IMG/VR virus record: IMGVR_UViG_3300031555_004891
DNA from: a virus
Lineage: Duplodnaviria; Caudoviricetes
Strand: one strand, 5' to 3'
DNA length: 64,000 nt
Shown: piece by piece, positions 12,204-23,997 of the stretch
Layout: each line of letters begins with the position of its first letter
Numbering within the stretch: the first letter of the stretch is position 1
The notes under the pieces: generated by a model
Databases searched by the model: none
Told to the model about the DNA's origin: nothing
Seen by the model: the letters and a program-made list of their open reading frames with translations, nothing else
Made by a program: the position numbers and the translations under genes

Positions 12204-14965
12204 TGATAAAAATATCAGAGCAAACAGCTAAAAAAGTTCCTGGACTAACAGCATTAGTAGTAGAAAGTCCATACAACCCACTAGTTGTAGATGTTCTGAA
12301 AAACGCTCAAGGATCAGATTATGATGCTAAAACAAAGTAGTGGGAAGTTCCAATAACTAACCTTTCTTATTTATTAGATCATTTTTCTATAATAGATGAT
12401 ATAGAATTAAATTTACTTGAAGATAAAAAAGCTAAAAATATAATTTTTTCACAAAAACCTGATGAGCCTTTTTAGATGTTTAAGCATCAAGCAGAAGCTG
12501 TAGAGTTTGGATTAAATAATCCTAAATGGTTATTACTTGATGCTCCCGGGCTTGGTAAAGCGCTTCCTTTAGATACACCTGTTTTAACACCTAATGGATT
12601 TAAACCTATCGATGCTATACATGCTGGTGATATAGTTTTCGATGATAAGGGAAACCCATGTAAAGTTATTGAAGAATTTTATCACGAATCTTTAGACATG
12701 TATAAATTAGATTTTACAACAAAAGATTCTATAATTTGCTGCAAAGATCATTTATGGTAGGTTAGATACAATAAAGGTGTCTGGGATAAGTGTGATAGAA
12801 AATATCATCTAACAGAGTTCAATGAAGCTCGACCTACTAGCTGGCTTATTGAAAATGATAATTGGAAAAAGAATTGTCTAAGAATACCATTTTGTGAGCC
12901 TATAAAATTTCCTAAAAATGAATTGCCTATTGATCCATATCTTTTGGGCTGCTTAATTGGGGATGGATCTTTTAGAAAATATATAAGTTTAACTTCGAGC
13001 GATCAGTTTATTATTGATCAATGTATACATAGCTTAGAGCAGCTTGAGGGAGATGCATTAAAAATAAGGCTTGATGGTAAATATAGTTATATATTTTCAA
13101 CAAAATCAAAGAAACCCTCTAAATTAAAGCATGAGTTAGATAAGCTTGGTTTATTAAATCATTTGTCTTACACAAAATTTATTCCTGATATTTATAAACA
13201 TAGTTCTGTAGAAGATCGTATAGCTCTGTTGCAAGGATTAATGGACACTGATGGTACAGTAAGTTCAGTAAAAACTTATAAGGGAAAATTATCTAATAAA
13301 GCATGTTTCGGAACCTCTTCTAAACAATTGCGGTACGATTTTGAATTCTTAATACAATCTTTAGGTGGTTGGTGTTCAACACGAGAGTTTACAGCTTCTT
13401 ATCGAGACGCATCTGGTTAGAAAAAATAGTGTGCTACTCATTATACAATTTCTATACATTTACCTGATAACTCTATCTTATTTAGATTGCCTAGGAAGAA
13501 AAATTTAGTGTCTAAAAGATATAATAAGCCTAGAAGAAAAATAAAGAATATTACATATGTTGGTAAGCAACCTGGAAAATGCATATCTGTAGACAGTCCA
13601 TCACATTGTTATCTAACAAAAAATTGCATTGTTACGCATAACACCTTATCATTGATTCGGCTAGCAGAAGAATTACATAATCAAGGAAAGATAGAGCATT
13701 GCTTAATAGTTTGTGGTATAAATACGCTTAAAAGAAACTGGCAAAAAGAAATATAGAAATTTAGCACATTAAGCTCTAGAATAATTGGTCAATACATAAG
13801 TTCAAAAGGTAAAGTTTATACCAGATCTGTTAAAGATAGGGTCGAAGAGCTAAAAAATCCTTTAGAAGAGTTTTTTATTATTATAAATGTGGAATCACTC
13901 AGAGATGATGATATAGTAAAAGCTATAAATAAAGGTAAGAATAAATTTGATATGATAGTTGTTGATGAGATTCATACCATGAAATCTCCGACCAGCTCTC
14001 AAGGAAAAAATTTACTAAAAATAAATAAAGCTAAGTATCAAGTAGGTGCTACTGGAACATTATTACTTAATGATCCTTTAGATACTTATATGGCTCTAAA
14101 ATGGATAGGTGCAGAACATTCTACATTAACTAAATTTAAGTATTATTACTGCGAATATGGTGGTCCTTTTGGAAATATGCTAGTTGGATTTAAAAATATG
14201 GATCTACTTAAATACCAACTTGAGCAAGTTTCTTTGAGAAGAAAAAAAGATTTACTAAATCTTCCAGATAAGAATATAATAGATGAGTTTGTTGATATGG
14301 AAACAGCTCAAAGTAATTTTTATGAAAATATAAAGAAAGGTATAGTAGATCAAGTAGATAAAGTAAAAATGTCTACAGCTAATTTGCTAGCTATGGTTAT
14401 AAGATTACGTCAAGCAGCAGAATGTCCAAATGTGTTAACTACAGAGAACATACCATCTGCTAAAATTGAACGTTGTATAGATTTAGCTAAACAAATATTA
14501 TCTGATCCAGATGAGAAAGTAGTTATTTTTAGTTGCTTTAAAGAATCAATAAATTTTATATATAAATAGTTAGCAGAGTTTAATCCATTGCTATGCACTG
14601 GAGATATTCCAGATGATATTATATCAAATAATGTCGATATGTTTCAAAATGATTCTGAGCATAGAGTTATAGTATGTACTGGACAAAAAATGGGAACTGG
14701 TATAACTCTAAATAGAGCGCATTATGCTATTTTTATAAATACACCATGGACAGCAGGTGTGCAAGAGCAATGGGAAGATCGTATATATAGAATCGGTACA
14801 AAGCAACCAGTATTTATATATAGATTATGGGTTAAAGACACTATAGATGAGCGAGTTTTAGACATTCTAAATACAAAAGGTGCCTTGAGTGATTATGTCA
14901 TAGATGACGAAATGACAACTCAGCAATTAGCTATATTAAGACAATATATAGAAGAATTAAGATAA
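12203..14965 (+). CDS. SNF2-family helicase containing an intein (920 aa precursor, code 15)
   Basis: Walker A APGLGK|T, DEIH, TGT, QWEDRIYRIG motifs; five track ORFs in one frame separated by TAG only (7 TAG). Confidence 0.9.
12560..13642 (+). mobile_element. Class 3 (Ala1, WCT) intein with LAGLIDADG homing endonuclease, 361 aa
   Basis: Starts ALPLDTPVLTPNG, block B CCKDHLW, block F KCISVD, ends CIVTHN|T; LLGCLIGDG and LLQGLMDTDG motifs; inserted between K and T of Walker A. Confidence 0.9.
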
Positions 14966-14972
14966 AAGTTTT

Positions 14973-15021
14973 AGATCAACTGGTAAAAACAGTTGATCTT
15001 TTCTTTATTTTATTATATAAT
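14973..15021 (+). promoter_or_regulatory. Terminator hairpin fused to sigma70-type promoter
   Basis: AGATCAACTG/CAGTTGATCT stem plus T tract; right arm gives -35 TTGATC (14993), 17 nt, -10 TATAAT (15016). Confidence 0.75.
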
Positions 15022-15054
15022 ATATATGTAAATAGAAATAAAAAGAGGTGCTAT

Positions 15055-15612
15055 ATGTATCAATATTATAATGCTCATCCTAAAGGATTACTCGTTAGAG
15101 ATTGCGTAAAAAGAGCTATATCTAAAGCAGCTGAAATGGACTATCATCAAGTGCAACTTGAGCTTAATAGATATAAGAAAGTTACTGGAGCTAAAGCTTT
15201 CAATTCTGATAGAAATCCGGATAAGTATGTTGTTAATGTATTGAAAGCTGTTAAATTAAGCTTCCCAGCAAAACGTGGTGTTCCTAGAATGAACGGTGAA
15301 CGTTTTTGTAAAGCTTATCCTAAAGGTAATTATATTCTGCAGATGGCTGGACATTGGTCCTGCTGTGTAGATGGTGTTATTTATGACACCTGGGATTGCT
15401 CTGATAAATGCGTTTATACAGCATGGAAGCTTCCAAAGCAAACTGTAGAGATTAGATCTAGCATCAACACTCAACAACACAGTGATGTGCATAGAATAGA
15501 AGGTAAAAACAAAAATCAAGTAATTAAGGAATTAAAGAAAGATTTTGAAAGATTCTTACAAAATATCGATGCGTATGCACCTGGAACTAAATTTGTTGCA
15601 GAAATATTATAA
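15055..15612 (+). CDS. Hypothetical protein, possible papain-like Cys-His-Asp fold
   Basis: RDCVKRAIS...GHWSCCVDGVIYDTWD; GAGGT RBS; no TAG. Confidence 0.55.
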   Translation: MYQYYNAHPKGLLVRDCVKRAISKAAEMDYHQVQLELNRYKKVTGAKAFNSDRNPDKYVVNVLKAVKLSFPAKRGVPRMNGERFCKAYPKGNYILQMAGHWSCCVDGVIYDTWDCSDKCVYTAWKLPKQTVEIRSSINTQQHSDVHRIEGKNKNQVIKELKKDFERFLQNIDAYAPGTKFVAEIL

Positions 15613-15619
15613 AAAACAG

Positions 15620-15648
15620 TTGATTTATTAAAAAATAGCTTTTATAAT
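15620..15648 (+). promoter_or_regulatory. Sigma70-type promoter
   Basis: TTGATT-N17-TATAAT in the same AGTTGA context as other copies. Confidence 0.65.
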
Positions 15649-15681
15649 ATAAACAAAAATAGTTCACATGGGAGATCGTGC

Positions 15682-16506
15682 ATGCTGGATGAGTACAGAC
15701 GTTTATATGAAAACAAAGCAGATAGTATTTTAAAAGAAGATTGGAGGAAAGCTGATAAAAGTTATTTATTTTTTAAACATTTAGAACACGAAAAAGATGA
15801 TGCATTATTATCAGAAGGATATTTAGCTGCAGTTATAGCTAGATACTGGAATTTAATTAACTCATATTATGCTAGAGGAAGAGGGGCTTATGATGCAGAG
15901 ACCTGCTATGAGTGGCTTATACATTGCATCCAATACGCAAAAGATCATAAGCCATGGGCTAAAGGTGGAAATCTAGAAGGTCAACATAATGCTCCCGATA
16001 AATGCATAAATATTTATATGAGTAGTATGAGACAAGGTTTCTATCAATGGAGTAATGCTAAAAAGCGTGCTGATTACTTTACACAAACCACCAGCTTAAA
16101 CAAAATGACAGAAGAAACTGGTGATGCAAATTTACCTATAGTAGATGATACCAAAGCTCTTGATGAGTATTTAGATATTAAGAACTTAGTCGTGAAAGAA
16201 TTTAAGAGTAAAAATTATATGAGCTCATTTCTTATCGATGGTATTGTAAACACTGCTTGCATTGATACGATAAAAGAGAAAAATGATCCATACATATATA
16301 CTCAGTTTAATAGAAAGAAGCTTTCTAGACATATAAGAAGTATGGATGATGATTATTGTAGCAGCTTTTCTAAGCAATATGAGTTACCTAGTGAAGAAGT
16401 TTTGTTAGCTAGAGATGAGTGTAAGAAAGTATCTTCTACAAAAATTTATAATTTGCTTAACAATACTTTAACAAAATTATCAAAAAATTTACTCGTCAAA
16501 AATTGA
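15682..16506 (+). CDS. Hypothetical protein, possible phage sigma factor
   Basis: Helical 274 aa with region-2-like core followed by KKR...TSLN; under a host-type promoter; sigma call is weak. Confidence 0.4.
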   Translation: MLDEYRRLYENKADSILKEDWRKADKSYLFFKHLEHEKDDALLSEGYLAAVIARYWNLINSYYARGRGAYDAETCYEWLIHCIQYAKDHKPWAKGGNLEGQHNAPDKCINIYMSSMRQGFYQWSNAKKRADYFTQTTSLNKMTEETGDANLPIVDDTKALDEYLDIKNLVVKEFKSKNYMSSFLIDGIVNTACIDTIKEKNDPYIYTQFNRKKLSRHIRSMDDDYCSSFSKQYELPSEEVLLARDECKKVSSTKIYNLLNNTLTKLSKNLLVKN

Positions 16507-16551
16507 TTTTTGACGAGTCTGTTCTGTATAAGATGTAAAAGGAGTATTTAG

Positions 16552-17286
16552 ATGCTTATAGATTTGTTATCAACAGATAATCTTGCAAATTATAATGTTA
16601 AGATAGCTCAGGTAATGGGCTTGCATACCGCTATTTATGTTAATGAGCTTATAAATATAAGTAATAAAGCTACGTAGAAAAATAAGCTTATAGTAGATAA
16701 ATTTTTCATTTTAGATCGAAGATACATCACAAAGCGAACAACCTTAGAGTTGGAAGAGCAATTAGCTATAGATAATAAATTAATGAAAGTAGATGTTATG
16801 CAAAAACCTGCTGGTGAGGTAGATAACATCTATATTGATATAGATAAACTTGCTAGTATGATTTCATCAGATGATAAGCAATTTTTAGATTCTGTCACAA
16901 AAAAGACTAAAGTAAAAACAACAGTTTTACCTGGTATGAAACAGACAATAAAACAAAAGCAAGCGTCTGAGATGAAATCTTATATAACAGTTACTTTCCC
17001 AGAATTGAAAGAAGCTTTCGAAAGTTGGGTAGATGGGGTGCTTGCTAATCCGAAAGGTTTCTTATCTAAGAAAGCAGTGAGCTTATTTCAACGAGATGTT
17101 GATACTTTTGCTAATGGTGATTTAGATATAGCGCTTAAAGTTATTGAAATAGCTACAATAAATGGTTATAGAGACGCAAGCTGGGCTATAAATGTTTTTA
17201 ATAGAGATTATGCAAATAATTTCAGAAATAGATTTGTAAGTACAACTACTCAGAGACGAGCAGAAGTAGCTGATGAGGTGTTTTAA
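16552..17286 (+). CDS. Replication initiator / replisome organizer-like protein
   Basis: ATG after AGGAG; N-terminal YNVKIAQVMGLHTAIY wHTH-like; one TAG at 16675; directly precedes DnaC-like loader. Confidence 0.6.
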
Positions 17287-17960
17287 TGATTGAAAGCTGC
17301 TTATTTGCTGATAGATGTAATAAAATAGATTGTGATAAAGATTTTTGTGTTAAAAAGTTTAAGTTAGATTATCTTTTTGATCAAGCTTTATTATCAGAAA
17401 AACATAAGAAAGAGCTAGTTTTAAGAGTAGACGCAGATAAGAGAGATTTAGAAGCATTTAAATACTTAAAATCTATCCAAAATTCTGTAGAAAAATTTGT
17501 TGAAAATGGCGATAATCTATATATCCACTCATTGATAAGTGGTAATGGAAAAACTAGTTTTGCTATTAAAATATTAAAAGAATATTTTTATAGGATTTGG
17601 TCTAAATCAGATTTAAGATGTAGAGGTCTGTATATACATGTACCAAAATATCTTATTTCTTTGAAAGATAATATATCAGAAAAATCTGATTATGTTCAGC
17701 ATATTAAGAAAAATGCTTTAGATGCTGACTTAGTTATATTTGATGAGGTTGGTACAAAAAGCTTAACTTCTTTTGAATTTGAAAACATACTTACTATAAT
17801 AAACGCTAGATTAGATTATGGTAAAGCAAACATTTATACGTCTAACTTGACTAATGAAGAGCTTCTAGATAATTTAGGAAGCAGATTGTATAGTCGTATT
17901 GTGAACAACAGTAATGATGTTGTTTTTGTTGGTCAAGATAAGAGAGGATTATTTCAATGA
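17286..17960 (+). CDS. DnaC/IstB-like helicase loader ATPase
   Basis: SGNGKTS Walker A, LVIFDEVG Walker B, IYTSNL, RLYSRI, GQDKR. Confidence 0.85.
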   Translation: MIESCLFADRCNKIDCDKDFCVKKFKLDYLFDQALLSEKHKKELVLRVDADKRDLEAFKYLKSIQNSVEKFVENGDNLYIHSLISGNGKTSFAIKILKEYFYRIWSKSDLRCRGLYIHVPKYLISLKDNISEKSDYVQHIKKNALDADLVIFDEVGTKSLTSFEFENILTIINARLDYGKANIYTSNLTNEELLDNLGSRLYSRIVNNSNDVVFVGQDKRGLFQ

Positions 17961-19234
17961 TACAATTACAAATGTTAAATTACCTGTTAAAGACCGGTGA
18001 TTCTTCTATTATAGTATTAAATAATTTAGATAAAACATTTTTTTCTGATTATCAGGAACACTTTGATTTTATAAATAACCATTTAAATACATATGGTAAA
18101 ATTCCAGATCAAATAACTTTCTTATCTAGATTTAGTGATTTTGATATAGTTGAAGTAAACGAATCTTCAAAATATTTGTTAGATGAGCTTTATAACGATA
18201 AAAACATGCGCTCTTTAGCAAAAACATTTAATCAGATAAAAGATTTGTTAAATGATAAGAAAGTCGATGAAGCTATGTCTTTATATATGAAAGCATCTGA
18301 AGAAATGACTCAAGGTATTCATCTAGATTCAGTTGATATCTTGAGAGATACATCTAGATATGATGCTTATATAGAGAGATCAGAAGATTTTGCTAAATAC
18401 TATGTTAAAACAGGCTTTAAAGAATTAGATGAAATAATCGGCGGCTGGGATAGACAAGAAGAATTAGCAACTATAATTGCACGTCCAAATGTAGGTAAGA
18501 GCTGGATATTACTTATAGTAGCTATTGCTGCAGCTAAGCAAGGTCTAACAGTAGGTTTATATTCAGGTGAAATGTCTGAAAGAAAAGTTGGCTATCGTGT
18601 AGACACATTAGTTTCACATTTATCAAATACTAAACTTATTCATGGTAATAGAGATATTCAAAATGAGTATAAGAGATTTTTAGATAGTTTATCAGAAGAA
18701 ATTCCTGGTAAAATAAAGGTAGTAACACCAACTATGCTGGGTGGTGCAGCCGGTGTAAATGCCTTAAAAGCTTTTATAGATAAAGAAAAACTTGATATTT
18801 TATGTATTGACCAACACTCATTATTGGAAGATGATAGACACGCAAAAGATCCAGTTACTAAAGCATCTAACATTTCTAGAGATCTCAAAAACTTGCAAGT
18901 CCTTAAGAAGATACCTATTATTGCTGTTTCTCAAGGTAATAGATCTATAAATGAGACTGGTCAACTGGGATTACAAAATATCGCACAATCAGATAGAATC
19001 GGTCAAGACTCAACTGTTGTATTAGGTTTAGATCAAAAAGATGGTGTTTTATCAGTACATTTACTTAAATCCAGAGATAGTGCTAACGGTAAGATTCTTA
19101 AGTATAATGTTAACTTTGATAAAGGTACGTTAGTTTATATTCCTAGCGAAGATGATGCAGCTGGTGGTAAATATTGCGAAGACTTAAATAATAGATACGA
19201 AGAAAGTCATGATATAGGGGAAGATGAGTTTTAA
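17957..19234 (+). CDS. dnaB: Replicative DNA helicase (DnaB-like)
   Basis: ARPNVGKS, SGEMS, IIAVSQ, SDRIGQDS motifs. Confidence 0.9.
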   Translation: MIQLQMLNYLLKTGDSSIIVLNNLDKTFFSDYQEHFDFINNHLNTYGKIPDQITFLSRFSDFDIVEVNESSKYLLDELYNDKNMRSLAKTFNQIKDLLNDKKVDEAMSLYMKASEEMTQGIHLDSVDILRDTSRYDAYIERSEDFAKYYVKTGFKELDEIIGGWDRQEELATIIARPNVGKSWILLIVAIAAAKQGLTVGLYSGEMSERKVGYRVDTLVSHLSNTKLIHGNRDIQNEYKRFLDSLSEEIPGKIKVVTPTMLGGAAGVNALKAFIDKEKLDILCIDQHSLLEDDRHAKDPVTKASNISRDLKNLQVLKKIPIIAVSQGNRSINETGQLGLQNIAQSDRIGQDSTVVLGLDQKDGVLSVHLLKSRDSANGKILKYNVNFDKGTLVYIPSEDDAAGGKYCEDLNNRYEESHDIGEDEF

Positions 19235-20172
19235 TGCAACTTATTATAGGTAACAAAGTAATAAACACACCTATAACAGATATACTTGAAACTTTAAGAA
19301 AGGAAACTGGTTACAGATATTTTCGAGAAATCAAATTAAAAGGAAATAATTATACTGTAACATGTCCTTTTCATAAGATGGGTCAGGAATCACACGCTAG
19401 TTGTCAAGTATTCTGCGACGAAGCTGATCCAAAAGTTGAGTATGGATATTTTCACTGCTTTACCTGCGGTGAGAATGCACATTTATATGATGTTGTAGCA
19501 CACTGCTTTAGTCAAAATGCAGACTTTGGTAAAGAATGGTTACTTGAAAGGTTCGGTAACACATTTATACAGTACGAAGAAACATTGACTGATATTATTC
19601 TTGATAAACCTAAAAAAACATTTTTAGATCCAAATATACTTGAGGAATATAATTATTATCACCCATATATGTGGAAAAGAAATCTTACAAAAGAAGTCGT
19701 AGATAAATTTCAAGTAGGTTTTGATCCAAAGACTCAATCTATAACATTTCCAGTTTGGGATCAGTTTAATAATTTAGTAATGGTGACTAAAAGGTCTGTA
19801 AATACAAAAAATTTCTTTATACCAGAAGATGTAGAGAAACCAGTTTATTTACTTAATTTTTTATTGCAAGAAAAACAAACAACAGCTTATATTTGTGAAA
19901 GTCAAATAAATGCTTTGACGCTTCAAGGTTGGGGGTATCCAGCTGTAGCATTATTTGGTACTGGATCAGAGCAACAAATGAAAATATTAAATAAATCTGG
20001 TATAAGACATTACTACTTATGTTTTGATGGTGATACGCCTGGTAATAAAGCTATAAATAGGTTTAAGAAAAATATAAGAAAAGATGTTTTAGTAGATGTT
20101 GTAAGAATACCTTTTGGAAAAGATGTCAACGATTTAACTGAAAAAGAATTTAAAAATTTAGAAATAATTTGA
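19234..20172 (+). CDS. dnaG: DNA primase (Zn finger plus TOPRIM)
   Basis: CPFH...CFTC Zn finger, CESQINAL, FDGD, KDVND. Confidence 0.9.
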   Translation: MQLIIGNKVINTPITDILETLRKETGYRYFREIKLKGNNYTVTCPFHKMGQESHASCQVFCDEADPKVEYGYFHCFTCGENAHLYDVVAHCFSQNADFGKEWLLERFGNTFIQYEETLTDIILDKPKKTFLDPNILEEYNYYHPYMWKRNLTKEVVDKFQVGFDPKTQSITFPVWDQFNNLVMVTKRSVNTKNFFIPEDVEKPVYLLNFLLQEKQTTAYICESQINALTLQGWGYPAVALFGTGSEQQMKILNKSGIRHYYLCFDGDTPGNKAINRFKKNIRKDVLVDVVRIPFGKDVNDLTEKEFKNLEII

Positions 20173-20196
20173 CAAAAACTTAAATATTGATATAAT
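20169..20196 (+). promoter_or_regulatory. Sigma70 consensus promoter upstream of SSB
   Basis: TTGACA-N16-TATAAT with TG extended -10. Confidence 0.65.
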
Positions 20197-20252
20197 TAAG
20201 TTTGTATAAATAATTGAACTATAAAAAAGATATATAATTGGAGGATATTTTA

Positions 20253-21149
20253 ATGGCAAAAATGGATTGGAATACATACCAACAAAGAGCCGCTGCTATG
20301 GAAGCTGGACAACAAAGTGGTAATGGTCCTAGAGTTGGCTTTTTCGCTCTTAAAAATGATGGCGATAAAGCAGTAGTTAGAATTATGCATGATAGCCCAG
20401 AAGATTTTGATTTGGTAGCAGTGCACTCAGCAAACATTGATGGAAGATACAGAAACGTAAGCTGTCTTAGAGGTCCCAATGATCCTATGGATATGTGTCC
20501 TTTCTGTGATGCAGGTGAAAAGACCTATCTTAAGATTTATATTCACCTTATCGAATATACTAAAGACGAAAATAATCAGATTATTGCTACACCTAAGGTT
20601 TGGGAACGCACTGCATCTTATGCTAAAACTTTAGTTAATTACATGAACGAATATGGTCCCCTCTCTGATGTGATTTTTACAATTACTAGAAGCGGAGCAA
20701 AAGGTTCTAGAGATACTACATACTCTCTCATGTATGCACCTCCTCAAATTTATAGAGAAGATCTTTATGTTAAAGATACTACTCTTTTTGAAGGTTATCA
20801 AGCAACTGGTGCAGCTGTACTTGAAAAATCATATGAAGATATGCTTAAACTTCTTGATTCTCCAGCAGGACAAACTCCAGCTAATAATTATGTAGCTAAA
20901 GCAACAGCACAAGCAGCACCTAGACAAAATTATTCAGCACCGGCACCTGCAGCTAGACCTACTTATAACGAAGTTGTAAATGCAGCACCTGCAGCAGTAC
21001 CTCAATATGAAGCTCCTGCAGCACCTTCTACTCAAGAAGCACCTGCTAGAACTTATAGACAACCTACAGTTCCTGCAGAAACTAGACCTGCTTATAATGC
21101 ACCTGCAGCTGTAGATGGGTATCAAGCACGTCCTCGCAGAGTTTATTAA
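20253..21149 (+). CDS. Single-stranded DNA-binding protein (gp32-like)
   Basis: FFALKNDGDKAVVR, H...C...CPFC Zn site, ITRSGAKGSRDTTY; low-complexity tail; ATG after GGAGG. Confidence 0.75.
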   Translation: MAKMDWNTYQQRAAAMEAGQQSGNGPRVGFFALKNDGDKAVVRIMHDSPEDFDLVAVHSANIDGRYRNVSCLRGPNDPMDMCPFCDAGEKTYLKIYIHLIEYTKDENNQIIATPKVWERTASYAKTLVNYMNEYGPLSDVIFTITRSGAKGSRDTTYSLMYAPPQIYREDLYVKDTTLFEGYQATGAAVLEKSYEDMLKLLDSPAGQTPANNYVAKATAQAAPRQNYSAPAPAARPTYNEVVNAAPAAVPQYEAPAAPSTQEAPARTYRQPTVPAETRPAYNAPAAVDGYQARPRRVY

Positions 21150-21173
21150 TAAATAATTTGAGGAGAAAAATCT

Positions 21174-23924
21174 ATGGTAGATTCATTGTGGGGTGATGAT
21201 TTCATTATAAAGAAAACCCCTAAAGAAGCTAAAAAGATAATTAAAAAAATATCTGAGCCAAAAGATTCTTCTTCTGTTGTAAAAAAAGCCGTAAAGTCCA
21301 AAAAACTATCCGTCCATGAAAAGTTAGCTATTATTACCGAGAATGTTAAAAAGATTCTCGGTAGATACGCTGACAACACTCAAGTGATAAGGACACGGCA
21401 AGAGTTAACTGATTATATCGACATAGCTATAAAAAATAATGTAATTGCGGTCGATACTGAAACGAATAACAGTCTTGACCCCATCACATGTAAATTGATG
21501 GGTCCCTGTTTATATACACCAGGTTTAAAGAATGCTTATGTACCATTAAATCATGTTAACCCAGATACTTTAGAAAGATTTGATTGGCAATTAACGGAAG
21601 AAGATGTAAAAGAAGAATTAAGTAGACTTACAGATACTAAAATAATAATGCACAATGGTAAGTTCGACTATTCTGTAATAAAATGCACCACAGGTGTTGA
21701 GTTAAGCATTTATTGGGATACAATGATTGGTGCAAAAGTTTTAGATGAGAATGAGAGGTCAGCTGGTTTGAAACAGCAGTATATCGAAAAGATAGATCCA
21801 TCTATTGAAAAATACTCTATAGATCACTTATTTGAAGATATAGAGTATGCGATGGTTGACCCAGAAATATTTGCTTTATATGCTGCAACAGACTCTTATA
21901 TGACTTATAAGCTTTATGAGTGGCAAAAAGATAAATTTGAGATACCTGGTCACCAGCGTTTATATAGCCTTTTTAGAAATGTAGAGATTCCTGTAATAAT
22001 TCCTATAGCTGAAATGGAAATGACTGGTGTAGAAGTAGATCAAGAATATGCTGAGTTGTTAAGTAAAAAGTATCATAAGAAATTAGATACAATCGATCTT
22101 AAAATAGCTGCAGAGTTAGCTACATTAAAAGATAAAATAGCTGAGTGGCGTTTAACAGAAGATGCTAATTTCCACCCGATAGCAACAAAACCTAACAAAT
22201 ATGGTGAGTATTTAGAGCAAAAATCTAAATCAGAGCAATTAGAAGATCCTATAAACTTAGCCAGTCCAACACAGTTAGCTATATTATTCTATGATATATT
22301 AAAATGTCCACCTGTAGATAAAAAGAAACCTAGAGGAACAGGTGAAGCAGAATTAAAAGCTATAGAGCAGAAATTAAAACTTCCTATTTGTAGCCTTTTA
22401 GTAGAAAGACGTGAATGGGTAAAATTGATAACTACTTACATAGACGTAATTCCGGAACTAGCAAAAAGATGGCCTGATGGTAGAGTTCGTACTCACTTTA
22501 ACCAATACGGGGCAGCTACGGGTCGTATGAGTTCGAGTGATCCGCTGAACCTGTAGAATATACCATCACATAATAAAGAAATCCGTATGTTATTTAGAGC
22601 TGCTGATAATTGTGTATTAGTTGGTAGCGACTTCAGTTTATAAATCTGTTGGCTGAAGTAAAACTTACTTAAACGGGGAACTCTCATTGAGACAATCCCG
22701 TGCCAAATCAATCTTAAGATTGATAGTGCGTAGAGACTATCGAAAAGGTAGGCGTAAGCTGAGTAACTGAGTAGAGTAGGCTTCAAGCGAAGTCGAAACA
22801 GTAAGCAACTAAAAAGTTGAAGAGTTAGTCCGACACTTCTAGTGATAGAAGAGAGGTGTAGCGAGCCTCAAAACAAGAAGCAACAAGAACCTAGATTACT
22901 CTCACAATACTCAGGTGATGAGAATATGATTAATGCTTATAAAGCAGGTAAAGACCTTTATGCTACTATTGCCTGTGGTGTATATAAAAATACGTATTGG
23001 GATAACATGGAGCATTGGGAAGATGGATCACCTAATCCTGAAGGTAAGAAACGTAGAGGTAATTGTAAGAGCTTACTTTTGGGGATAATGTATGGACGTG
23101 GTGTAGCTTCTATAGCTGAACAAATTAAAGGTACAGTAGAAGAAGCACAAAAAATTATCGATGATTTTTACACTGGATTTCCAAAAGTAAAAGAATGGAC
23201 TGATAAAACTCAAGCAGATGCTAAAAAGACTGGTTATGTAGAAGATTTATGGGGTAGAAGACGTAGACTTACAGATCTTATGCTTCCTAAATATACTATT
23301 AAAGACCTTAATGCTGCTAAACTTGATTTTAATCCTATCTTACACGCAGAAGGAAAGTTCTCGAAAAAAGAAAATCCTTCTATACAGAAATATAAAGCAG
23401 CACTTGAAAAAGTTCGCGGTAGAAAAGAATATGAAAAGCTAAAAGAGCAAGCATTGAAAGAAAATATAGAATTGCATGATAACACAGGTTTTATAGCTCA
23501 GGCTGAGAGACAATGTGTTAATGCTAGAATTCAGGGTGGTGCTGCTTCCATGACTAAAGTAGCTGTTATAAAGCTGTATAATGATAAAATTCTCAGAGAT
23601 TTAGGATTTAAGTTAAATATAGCCGTGCATGATGAGTTAATTGGTGAGTGCCCTAAAGAAAATGCAGATGCAGTAGCTGATAGACTTTGTGCTATAATGA
23701 AAGGTGCTGCTGAAGACGTTTGTGATGTACCATTTAAATGTGACCCTACAGTTGAGCATTGTTGGTATTTCTCAGATTTCTGCGATACTGTTCAAAAAGA
23801 ATTTAAAGAAGTTTTGAAAAAGTATAATAATGATTGGAATTCAGCATTTAATTATATGGTAGAAACTCATGAAGAATCAACAATTGATCAATTACATGAG
23901 CTTTTAGATGAAATAGCTGTATAA
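21174..23924 (+). CDS. polA: Family A DNA polymerase, join(21174..22637,22881..23924); no 5'-3' exonuclease
   Basis: Exo I DTET, HNGKFD, TGRMSSSDPLNL[TAG=Q]NIP, motif A DFS|QQEPR split by intron, motif B KSLLLGIMYG, motif C VHDE. Confidence 0.92.
22638..22880 (+). mobile_element. Group I self-splicing intron (243 nt, no ORF)
   Basis: Exon CTTCAGT pairs with IGS GCTGAAG (22652-22658) with U-G at splice site; TGTTG pairs with 3' exon CAACA; P3 CTTACT/AGTAAG; P7 GACTA/TAGTC; terminal G at 22880; removal restores DFSQQEPR. Confidence 0.92.
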
Positions 23925-23934
23925 ATAAATAACA

Positions 23935-23988
23935 ATGCGAAGTTCACACTCGAATATCCTTCGCATAATAAAATAAAACTTTAAGGAG
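23935..23988 (+). promoter_or_regulatory. Putative preQ1-I-like riboswitch
   Basis: Stem ATGCGAAG/CTTCGCAT, loop TTC...ATC, A-rich tail AATAAAATAAAAC running into SD AAGGAG; upstream of a queuosine-precursor transporter. Confidence 0.55.
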
Positions 23989-23997
23989 ATTTTTAAA

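Noticed and set aside
22842-22880. Separate second polymerase subunit starting at GTG 22842
   Set aside because: These codons lie within the intron; splicing joins the halves in frame
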